Shown: positions 26,494 to 34,623 of the stretch, one piece after another | Layout: each line of letters starts with the position of its first letter | How positions within the stretch are numbered: position 1 is the first letter of the stretch | Source: a virus | Strand: one strand, 5' to 3' | IMG/VR virus record: IMGVR_UViG_3300027863_001490 | DNA: 47,476 bases | The notes under the pieces: model-generated | Databases searched by the model: none | Seen by the model: the letters and a program-made list of their open reading frames with translations, nothing else | What the model was told of the DNA's origin: nothing | Translations under genes and position numbers: made by a program

Positions 26494-27846
26494 ATGAGAA
26501 CATTGACGCAAGAAACAACCCAACCCCAAATAACCGTCAACGCCTCCGACTCAAGCGATCTTCTTTTGCAGTTCGTGTCAAAATACAAAGAATACCTTGA
26601 AGGCAACATCTACATTCTGCAACCCGGCAACAACCGAGCAATCAACGCCAAACAAAACATTATCGGTGATCGAGAAAAAACCAAGGAACTGATTGCCGCC
26701 GCAAAAGAATACGGCGGGGTTCTCTCTGTGATTCCTTCACCCGCAAGATTTCTGTTTCCAGCCGCCAACCTTGCAGCGCAAGGTTACAAATTCATGGTTC
26801 TTCACGAAGAGGACATAGAAGACGGCGGTCCACAACCCAGACTCCATATCCTCGACGATCCAATCAGGCTTGCGAAAGTCAACGCTATCGCTGACAGCAT
26901 CGAAATTGAGGGTCAACGTGAACCCATCGATGTTTACCCTTCGCCATCGGGAAACGGCAAATACCGAGTTTGCGAAGGCAGAATGCGACATACGGCGATC
27001 TTTAAGATTCTGAAGGTTCAAGGTCGCAAAGGCGCCGATGGCAAAGTAATCGATTATATTCTTGCCTTCTGCAAAAACAGAACTGAGCTCGAAGCGTGGG
27101 AAGACGCATGGATTCTTCAAGACAAAGAAAGCTTAACTTCTTACGAGCAGGGTGCCTACATTTTTGGGTTAACCAAGAAATTCCCTGACGTGTACGCTGA
27201 AAATCGGCATGGCTACAACTTCCAAGACACCGTTGGTAAACGACTCGGCATGTCACCTTCGACAGTAGCAAGAATCCTTTTGGCTTACAAAGACGTTCAA
27301 GCTCAACTGCCCACTCTCGACGAAAAAATTGCCAATGGCATGAAAAACCTACCGGAAAGCATCGTTCGAGAAATAAGAAAAGCGCCTCCAGAAGCAAAAC
27401 CTCATCTCTATGAAGTCACCGTTGAAAAGCAACTTCAAACCCCAGAAGTAAAAGCCATAATTGAATCCGTCACCGAAAACCCTTCAATGACCAAAGAAGA
27501 CATCGACGCTGAAGCCGAACGCCTCAAACAAGAAAAAGCTGCTCAGAAGCAAAAAACTGTCGAGGAAATCGCCGCTGAACGAGTCGCCCAGATTAATGAG
27601 CAAGACGACAAATTCGAGAAGAAACTTGAACGCAACATGGACAAAATCGTTAACGCCGCAAGCTTCTTACCTGAAGACTTAATGACCGCGGTTTTCGGCC
27701 ACCTCAGCTTGAAAGACAAAAACAGCAAAGTCACCGTTGAAGACGCCCAGAACTTCGCATTAAAAGTTGTCGCTATCCTCTATGAACGTGCCAGCCATGA
27801 AGACATTGAAAGCATCTTTGCGGAGGTAGATGCCAACAGTGCTTAA
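26494..27846 (+). CDS. ParB/Srx-domain protein with HTH
   Basis: IADSIEIEGQREPIDV...YRVCEGRMRHTA; VGKRLGMSPSTVARIL. Confidence 0.85.
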   Translation: MRTLTQETTQPQITVNASDSSDLLLQFVSKYKEYLEGNIYILQPGNNRAINAKQNIIGDREKTKELIAAAKEYGGVLSVIPSPARFLFPAANLAAQGYKFMVLHEEDIEDGGPQPRLHILDDPIRLAKVNAIADSIEIEGQREPIDVYPSPSGNGKYRVCEGRMRHTAIFKILKVQGRKGADGKVIDYILAFCKNRTELEAWEDAWILQDKESLTSYEQGAYIFGLTKKFPDVYAENRHGYNFQDTVGKRLGMSPSTVARILLAYKDVQAQLPTLDEKIANGMKNLPESIVREIRKAPPEAKPHLYEVTVEKQLQTPEVKAIIESVTENPSMTKEDIDAEAERLKQEKAAQKQKTVEEIAAERVAQINEQDDKFEKKLERNMDKIVNAASFLPEDLMTAVFGHLSLKDKNSKVTVEDAQNFALKVVAILYERASHEDIESIFAEVDANSA

Positions 27847-28048
27847 AGCTGCCCCGGAACCGCAAGAATACGAGTATGAATGCGGCTGCGGCTTAACCGT
27901 TGATGAACAAGCAAAACTTACTGGTGGGGGACCGTTTGTTGCTACTGACTGGCACTCAGTAGATGTGTGTCCTCCGCAGCCATGCCGAACCTGTCATGAA
28001 CCGCACCGAGTTACTTTTCGGCGCCTAAAGGGGGCTTCTGGATGTTGA
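27830..28048 (+). CDS. Zn-finger protein
   Basis: CGCG...CRTCHEPH. Confidence 0.6.
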   Translation: MPTVLKAAPEPQEYEYECGCGLTVDEQAKLTGGGPFVATDWHSVDVCPPQPCRTCHEPHRVTFRRLKGASGC

Positions 28049-28173
28049 GTCGAGACTGCGACGGGTGCTCTCAAATGAAGGAATGCGGTAGGCGCTTCAG
28101 AAAAGTGACGACTGATGCTCCCGCTAAAGTTTACTGTCCAGACGGAACCGCGCACCTAGTCGATGGGGCATAG
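28042..28173 (+). CDS. 43-aa Cys-rich peptide (not in ORF track)
   Basis: CDGC..EC...YCPDGTAHL. Confidence 0.55.
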   Translation: MLSRDCDGCSQMKECGRRFRKVTTDAPAKVYCPDGTAHLVDGA

Positions 28174-28175
28174 CC

Positions 28176-28553
28176 ATGTCACAGAAGACTTTAACTCAGA
28201 AACTATCAACATGGCAACCCCAAGGCATACCAATGAGTGAAGAGGAATGTGCCCAGTACCGCACTTTGATTCGGCAAAGTATCTTTTCTGCTTGGCGAGA
28301 AAAATGCCGCGCAAGCACTCTTCAGGAAATCTACGTTGACGTTGTTCGCAGAGTTAAAGAATTAATTTCGACTGGCGATTGGCCATTCGTTCAGTACCCA
28401 AGAAGCAAACGAACCATTGATAGACGCGTGAACGAAACCGCTCAACCATCCCTCTACCCGAAGGGCGTGGTTATGGTTGTAGCAGTTTCATCTGGGATTT
28501 ATGCCCCGAATCCGCAGCTTTTCATGTTTAAGCAAGAACCGAAGAAGCGATAG
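28176..28553 (+). CDS. Hypothetical protein, possibly wHTH-like
   Basis: TLQEIY...SKRTIDRRVNE...GIYAPNP. Confidence 0.6.
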   Translation: MSQKTLTQKLSTWQPQGIPMSEEECAQYRTLIRQSIFSAWREKCRASTLQEIYVDVVRRVKELISTGDWPFVQYPRSKRTIDRRVNETAQPSLYPKGVVMVVAVSSGIYAPNPQLFMFKQEPKKR

Positions 28554-28566
28554 GAGAAAAAAAGTG

Positions 28567-28761
28567 ATGCTTGAGCAAGAAAACTTTAACGCTAAAGGCG
28601 AAAAAAAACAGAGCTACCTCAGCCTATATGCTGGGTGCCGAAATTACCCCGCTAAATGCTCCGCTTGCACCGACGCTGACACATGGCAGTGCCCCATGAA
28701 CAGCAAGCAATCCCCTGAAGTTTTAGCTACTATAGAACGAGTAAAAGGTCACATTTCTTAA
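28567..28761 (+). CDS. Cys-rich small protein (track start 28501)
   Basis: GC..YPAKCSAC...CP; GGAG upstream of ATG 28567. Confidence 0.6.
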   Translation: MLEQENFNAKGEKKQSYLSLYAGCRNYPAKCSACTDADTWQCPMNSKQSPEVLATIERVKGHIS

Positions 28762-28776
28762 AGGAGAAAATGTTTT

Positions 28777-29931
28777 TTGGTTGAATCTGTCGCCGAGAAC
28801 CCTTTTTCTGCAAAAGAATCTAACTCTAGTTATAACGGTTACGGATTTCAGTTAAACCAGAAGTTAAGTCCAACAGAAAAAAAGATAGTTGCGGTTTTAA
28901 GAAAAGCCTCAATTCCCATTTCTCCAGAAGAAATACGAACAAAAATAGCTCTAATTTACGATCAAAAAGAAATTCCACAAGGCACAATACGACCATTACT
29001 GAGAAACTTAACAAGACGAGCAGTTATCCATAATCCTTGGAAGGGGTTATACTGCGATAAACTCACATACGATGTGGCTGTGAAGCCGATTGCTGTGCAT
29101 AATATTAGGTTGCATTGTGAAGTGGCTTTGGAGTTGGAGCATTGGGAGACTACAAACGAGTATGGAGGGGTTGAAGTTCATGTTTGTTTAGGGGAGAAGC
29201 GGAGTCTTGTTAGCGGTTGGATTAAGTATGACCGGGGGTTAAGTCGACCTGCTTGTATGTTAGCTATTGACAAATGGGTTGAGATTGCTGAGAGTAAATT
29301 GGGTGGTTTTAAACTTACTGATTTTTGGTTAACCCGATTGGAAGTTAACCGCGATGAGGCAGGGATGAGTTTTGATACTACTTTGCATTGTGCCACCCGA
29401 GATGTTTTGAAGGATTTCATTGTCGAAAGGGTGTATGAAAAAGAGGACTGTTTGCGGCAAGAATACTGTATCAGAAAAGATATGACAGTGAAGGATTTGG
29501 ATAACCTTTTCACACAGGGTATAGATAATTTTATGGCTTCGGCTGTTGGGCATGAACAGAACCGTAAATTATCTGGGATTGAGAAAACTCAACGGGTCAT
29601 TAATTCTAAGCTTCAGGATATTGACGCTAGTAACCGAGCCATTCAGAAGAAAATTATGTCTGATGCCTCAAGTGAGGATTCCATTCATAGATTGATTGTT
29701 GATTTAGCGGATGATAACCGCCGCGTTATGGCTTACATGTCAACTAAATTCGGGGAAACGATGGAGTTGTTGACGGCTAAGACTGTTGAAACGGAGGAAC
29801 TTAAAAAAATGGTTCTTTCGATTTCGAAGGCTGCGGCTGAAGTTGTCGATGCTTTGGCTAAATCTATGCAGCCAGAAGCAATTCAAGGTAATGAACAAAA
29901 CAACGAGGCTATGAAAGAGTATGTTCAGTAA
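28777..29931 (+). CDS. wHTH + putative Rep_trans-like replication initiator + coiled coil
   Basis: N-terminal wHTH (LSPTEKKIV..ISPEEI..TIRPLLRNL..KGLY); TRLEVNRD, RVYEK and LRQE resemble the Rep_trans TRLDxAxD, RIYxK and RxE motifs. Confidence 0.55.
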   Translation: MVESVAENPFSAKESNSSYNGYGFQLNQKLSPTEKKIVAVLRKASIPISPEEIRTKIALIYDQKEIPQGTIRPLLRNLTRRAVIHNPWKGLYCDKLTYDVAVKPIAVHNIRLHCEVALELEHWETTNEYGGVEVHVCLGEKRSLVSGWIKYDRGLSRPACMLAIDKWVEIAESKLGGFKLTDFWLTRLEVNRDEAGMSFDTTLHCATRDVLKDFIVERVYEKEDCLRQEYCIRKDMTVKDLDNLFTQGIDNFMASAVGHEQNRKLSGIEKTQRVINSKLQDIDASNRAIQKKIMSDASSEDSIHRLIVDLADDNRRVMAYMSTKFGETMELLTAKTVETEELKKMVLSISKAAAEVVDALAKSMQPEAIQGNEQNNEAMKEYVQ

Positions 29932-29974
29932 AAACTTTTTAGGCAAAAATCTTAAAATCAAGTATCTCTTATTT

Positions 29975-30008
29975 GGAAGCGGGGAAGGGGTTTCTTCCCC
30001 TTGCTTCC
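29975..30008. other. GC-rich hairpin directly downstream of Rep-like gene
   Basis: GGAAGC-GGGGAAG-GGGTTT-CTTCCCC-TT-GCTTCC. Confidence 0.55.
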
Positions 30009-30072
30009 TACGGGGTAAAGGGTGCAGAGCCATATCGCTCTACAAAAGAAAAATGGGAGATGTGGCTTAGGC

Positions 30073-31257
30073 ATGGTTGAAGTAGCTAAGGAAAGGGCAG
30101 AGTTCAAAAACGCCGTCATTTATGCTTCGCCCCAATACAAAGAAATAATGATGAACCAAACGCTTTACCAGCAACTGTATAAACTGGTGGTTCTTGAGGA
30201 TGTCAGTGATATTTACCAGTTAGCGGATCGGCTGGGTCTGCGTTACATCGGCGACGCTGCTAGGCTGCGGCGTGTTCTTGAAGGCTACATAAAAGTTGTT
30301 TTCGAGGGTAAATATGATCGGCGGGCGGCGGCGAATCTGATTTGTCCTCAATGTTTTAAGCCGTCGCTGGTTGATACTGCGAAGATTGGCGGCGACGAAA
30401 TCAAAATGACGTGCAGCGACGAGGAATGCGGCTTCGAACTCGATGATTCTTTTGCTGACTTCGAAGTTTTCAGCAAAGATCTAGACCGCGATGTGACTTT
30501 TGCCCCGACCAGCGCCATCAGTTATACAGGCGGGAAGGGATGCACTTTTAGCCCAAACAGTGACCGGGAACATAAGCATTTTCTTTACAGTATCGTGAAT
30601 AGCGATAATGTGCTTTTCAGCGACTTCGAGAAGAGTCACCCGGAGATTGCATCCCAGTTTAAGGCGGCGCCGGGGGAAGCCGATTGTTTCGAGGTTGTGT
30701 GGGCTGGCGAGCTCGGAAAAGTTTACTGCCGTACCGGGTCTTTTGTCCGCATGGTGTCCATCGATGACTATTTCAACGCCGTCAACGGCTTGTTCCACCA
30801 GTTTGATGGTCCGTTGCGTAAGCAAAAGTTGGAGTTGATGCTTGACCCAAAAAATGAGCTTCGCCGCGCTAAAGAGTACGGTTTGAAGCTTTGTGAACGG
30901 TTTGGCTTCAACAATAAGGATCGGGACCAAGCGATCTATAATACTGTCGGCACCGAGATTGACCGTTTGAAAGCTATTGTTGATATGCGGAAGCGGCATG
31001 TTTCGATGGCTACTTTTACGGAGACGGTTTTCTATTTGGTGGTGCTGCGTTTTGACCGTAAGGGTTTGGCTTCCCGGGTGAAATCTGAGTTGTCGATTGA
31101 TTTGTGCTTGGTAAACTTCATCAATGACGTGTTGTTTGCGTTGGAGAAGGATGGGGTTTCGCCTGATGGTTCATCAGTGTTTTTGGAGGCGCTGGAGCGG
31201 AGTAACGCGGCTCGGGTCGCCGCCGCTTCTAACTCCATGAAAAGTCCACTATCATAA
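30073..31257 (+). CDS. Divergent TFB/TFIIB-like protein (track start 30022)
   Basis: CPQC..CSDEECG Zn ribbon, FAPTSAISYTGGKG B-reader/linker-like segment, helical cyclin-like C-terminus. Confidence 0.5.
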   Translation: MVEVAKERAEFKNAVIYASPQYKEIMMNQTLYQQLYKLVVLEDVSDIYQLADRLGLRYIGDAARLRRVLEGYIKVVFEGKYDRRAAANLICPQCFKPSLVDTAKIGGDEIKMTCSDEECGFELDDSFADFEVFSKDLDRDVTFAPTSAISYTGGKGCTFSPNSDREHKHFLYSIVNSDNVLFSDFEKSHPEIASQFKAAPGEADCFEVVWAGELGKVYCRTGSFVRMVSIDDYFNAVNGLFHQFDGPLRKQKLELMLDPKNELRRAKEYGLKLCERFGFNNKDRDQAIYNTVGTEIDRLKAIVDMRKRHVSMATFTETVFYLVVLRFDRKGLASRVKSELSIDLCLVNFINDVLFALEKDGVSPDGSSVFLEALERSNAARVAAASNSMKSPLS

Positions 31258-31292
31258 TATGATATGCGACATTTTTCTTTTGTGTATAATGC

Positions 31293-31619
31293 TTGAGTGA
31301 AGATAACGCCAGCCGTTCCATCCGCGTGGACAAAAAAACCGACGACAGAATAGAAGATATAAGCGAAGTGACGGGAGAAAGCAAAAAAGACATAATTGCC
31401 GGCGCTATGGCGGTGGTTGAATACTTTTTTAACAACAACGTCGGGTTTCCGTTAACTTATGCTGGTTTCGCTGAACTCCGAAGTTTAGAGGCCAACCGCC
31501 GAAGCTTGGACAGCGACCCATCGGCGACGCCCGAGATGAAGGAACAGTTTGACCGCCGAATCGCTGCGGTGCGTGCCAAATTAAAAAGCTACAGGGAGGC
31601 AGACGATCATGGCACTTAA
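31293..31619 (+). CDS. RHH-domain regulator
   Basis: RSIRVDKKTDDRIEDISEVTGESKKDIIAGAM. Confidence 0.75.
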   Translation: MSEDNASRSIRVDKKTDDRIEDISEVTGESKKDIIAGAMAVVEYFFNNNVGFPLTYAGFAELRSLEANRRSLDSDPSATPEMKEQFDRRIAAVRAKLKSYREADDHGT

Positions 31620-32025
31620 GGAGCGAGTTGTTTTGGCTGCAACAGTTTTTTCCGCTCTTATAGCTGGCGGCTGCTGTTACATGCTTTGGTTTGTCGATCA
31701 ACCAGCCAGCTTCATCGAACTGTTGGGTTTGCCGACGTTTTGGTTGGCGGTTGCTTGTTGCTGTTTTAGTTTCGGCTGCGTTTACATTGACCGAAAGAGC
31801 ATTAAAGATTTTGTTAAGGTTTCCTCCGAGAACAAAAAATCTGTTTCCCCCGAGGCTCAGGACTTTCATGTTTTCGGGGCGGGTTCTAAATTGATGACTG
31901 CGAACGGTGATGTTACCAATTACAGTCAGGATTTTATTGTTTACCCGCCAGAAAAGGACGGCTCTGGGGCTTCGGGGGAACCACAACAAGAAAATGAAGA
32001 GAGGTTTTTCGAAGATGTACCCTAA
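31609..32025 (+). CDS. Membrane protein (2 TM) with acidic tail
   Basis: Two hydrophobic helices; GGAGG upstream. Confidence 0.7.
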   Translation: MALKERVVLAATVFSALIAGGCCYMLWFVDQPASFIELLGLPTFWLAVACCCFSFGCVYIDRKSIKDFVKVSSENKKSVSPEAQDFHVFGAGSKLMTANGDVTNYSQDFIVYPPEKDGSGASGEPQQENEERFFEDVP

Positions 32026-32794
32026 AATTTTGACTTTTTTAGTTTCGGTTCTGCTATTTTCGTCTCTACTTATCGGTTTTGCTTCGGCTAGTTCTGGCGA
32101 CGGTATCTCTTCATACAGCACCCCAACGCCTACCCCGACAGCAACGACAGACACCAACACAACTGAACCCACGCCGGCACCGACTCCAGCGCCTACCCCC
32201 ATTTACGTTTATGTCGACGGAAACTATGTTGAATCATTAACCCCGCTTCATCTCTCTTCTTACAACCGCACCGTTTTAAGCCTAACATTCGCTGCCTGTG
32301 TTTCATGTTCCGTTAATGGATCAACGCCGAATCATTGGAGTTCAAATCAGGATAGTTCAGGAACCATAACGGTTTTTCCCGACCAAATCGGCAGTTACGA
32401 ATTTCGCTTTCAGGTTCTCTATGACCAAATTGTGAACCAAGTGATTACATTAACAGTTTACGGCGGTGGCAACAATGAACCAGACGTTTTACCCTTAAAC
32501 AGCACAAACCGAGGCTTCACTTTAGACGTATTTTTAACAGTCAATGAGTTGCCCCATTACCCCGACCCCAGCGAAATCGCTCAGGCAAACGACAACCTTA
32601 ACCGTCAGCTTTATAACGAAATGAAGACGGATTATCAGAGCCAGCTTTCTTTAAGTCAATCGCTTTCTTATGTGGCTATTGTGGTGGCCGTAGTAGTAGC
32701 TGTGCTTATTATTTTGATTCTTCGCCAGCAACGTCATCATGACGCTATAGTTAACAACCTTAACGCTCGCGGATACGGGAGAGGCAGAGAATAA
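32015..32794 (+). CDS. Surface protein: signal peptide, PT linker, Ig-like domain, C-terminal TM (track start 31907)
   Basis: MYPKILTFLVSVLLF...ASA signal; VAIVVAVVVAVLIILIL TM. Confidence 0.8.
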   Translation: MYPKILTFLVSVLLFSSLLIGFASASSGDGISSYSTPTPTPTATTDTNTTEPTPAPTPAPTPIYVYVDGNYVESLTPLHLSSYNRTVLSLTFAACVSCSVNGSTPNHWSSNQDSSGTITVFPDQIGSYEFRFQVLYDQIVNQVITLTVYGGGNNEPDVLPLNSTNRGFTLDVFLTVNELPHYPDPSEIAQANDNLNRQLYNEMKTDYQSQLSLSQSLSYVAIVVAVVVAVLIILILRQQRHHDAIVNNLNARGYGRGRE

Positions 32795-33840
32795 TGGAGA
32801 AACTACATAGAGACAGCAAAATCAGCAAAATCACTGAACCAATCAGTTCAAAACCTATGCTTGGAAAATACCTCGGAAACTTCAAAGTAACCTTTCGCTA
32901 CGTCGACGACATGGCTATAGAATACTGCGGCGCCCTCAGCGATGTTAGTGGTTTATTCTGTGGCCAAAAAATACAGGCTGACTTCAAAAGAGTAATTCTT
33001 AAGCAAATCGCTATTATGCGTGTTGACCAGCTTAAGCCTATTACGCCTGAATTGCGAACCGACAGCCAGACAACAAATAGTAACGGCTCCCAAACGCAGA
33101 TTATGGAAACAACTCTGGCAGTTCAAACAAACACCCCTGACCCTAAGAAGTCTGCGTTGCAAGAGGCTTTGGACCTTTTCGAGGATTACGACTTCGGGGA
33201 TGTTTGCCGTGTGCTTCTTTTAGAGGAAGATTATACCCGTCAGAAGCATCTTATTGTTCAAATCGTCAATTTGAGTTTACTCACAGAATATGCTTACAAC
33301 ATTGACCGCAGCCAGTGGAGCCTACTGAGGGGTCTGAAATATGATTTTCTCGTTGATGGGCGGGCGGGGAGTTTGCCGCATAAGCAGCGGCTTAGGGAAC
33401 TTGGTGAAATTTACATTCACGTTTTCATTCCTGAAGATCATCATAGAGAAATAAAGGCTGAATCGGTTTGCTTGGATAAAGCGGAGCCGCTTCTGAAAAT
33501 TGTTCCGTTTATTCCCCAAACCGTTGACGTTGACAGTATAGTTAATGCAAAGAACAAAATCATTGCGTCGAAACAAGATACTATCAGCCAAATGGAACTT
33601 GAATTATCGGATAAGGCGGTACGTAATGATGCTGCCTCGATTGCGGTTTCAGGGCATGAAGTTAAGACACCAGCAACCCAGCCGTTTCCTAAAAAAATTG
33701 ACTTCATCGACGGCATATTAGTTATGGTGCCAGTAACACTGATTGCTATTATCGGGTATTCTTTTGCTCCTTTAGGGTGGCTTGCTGGTTTAGCTTTAGG
33801 TTTCCCCATCGGTTTCGGTTTAGTTTCCCGGAGGAAATAA
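32794..33840 (+). CDS. Cytoplasmic protein with C-terminal TM hairpin
   Basis: Hydrophobic C-terminus, RRK tail; start overlaps previous stop. Confidence 0.75.
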   Translation: MEKLHRDSKISKITEPISSKPMLGKYLGNFKVTFRYVDDMAIEYCGALSDVSGLFCGQKIQADFKRVILKQIAIMRVDQLKPITPELRTDSQTTNSNGSQTQIMETTLAVQTNTPDPKKSALQEALDLFEDYDFGDVCRVLLLEEDYTRQKHLIVQIVNLSLLTEYAYNIDRSQWSLLRGLKYDFLVDGRAGSLPHKQRLRELGEIYIHVFIPEDHHREIKAESVCLDKAEPLLKIVPFIPQTVDVDSIVNAKNKIIASKQDTISQMELELSDKAVRNDAASIAVSGHEVKTPATQPFPKKIDFIDGILVMVPVTLIAIIGYSFAPLGWLAGLALGFPIGFGLVSRRK

Positions 33841-34125
33841 ACTCTGAGTCAGGTATTAATTGCAAAAAACATCCAAAAACAGTTATCAGACATCGATACT
33901 GCTGCGAAAGAAATGAAAAGATGCAAAGGCATACTTCGAGGGTTCATTCTTTCAAAAGATTTTCTTGACAACTACAACCGTTTCGACCTTCTTCTTAGCG
34001 TCTGGGTTGATAGTTTAATGACTCTTGTTGAAGCTACAGGACGGATTTTTCCGGGAGAAGGCAGCTTAAACGGCAATTTTCCGTTCAGCGAATCAGAGTT
34101 TAAATCGAAGCTTGAGGGCTTTGAT

Positions 34126-34623
34126 ATGTCTCTTTCAAAAGCGGCAGTCATTATCGCCGCTATCATTGGGACTGTTTTAATTTGTTACTGGCTTAATGCT
34201 CCTTGGTCACTGGCTATTTTAGGCATTGTCTCTTTTGTTTGTATAGGCTTCATTAACCAAATAGTTTCATTGGTTAAGGGTTTAATGAAGAAACCTGACC
34301 TTTCTAAAGAAGGATTTAATACTGTAACACAAACAATCAGCGAAAGCGTAACCTACATCCGAAGCCAATATGTGCAGCGCCGTTTTCTGATTAAATATCA
34401 ACGTTCTAACCCTTATCATTCCTCCGCTGACGATCCCGCCCTTTATGATCGGCGACGCCAATCTATGGAGGAGTTGCCAAGCGACATATTGAACAGAATC
34501 GATACGATAACCGTCGAATGTGATAACGCGGTCTTCAAACGCAAATCTGTCTTGTATTCGTACTGGAAACCCACTTCTTCTCCTGAGCAACCTTCACAGC
34601 GCCAAGCGGGGCATAACTTTTGA
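34126..34623 (+). CDS. Membrane protein (N-terminal TM hairpin); open frame extends to 33913
   Basis: Two TM helices; GAGGG upstream of ATG 34126. Confidence 0.7.
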   Translation: MSLSKAAVIIAAIIGTVLICYWLNAPWSLAILGIVSFVCIGFINQIVSLVKGLMKKPDLSKEGFNTVTQTISESVTYIRSQYVQRRFLIKYQRSNPYHSSADDPALYDRRRQSMEELPSDILNRIDTITVECDNAVFKRKSVLYSYWKPTSSPEQPSQRQAGHNF

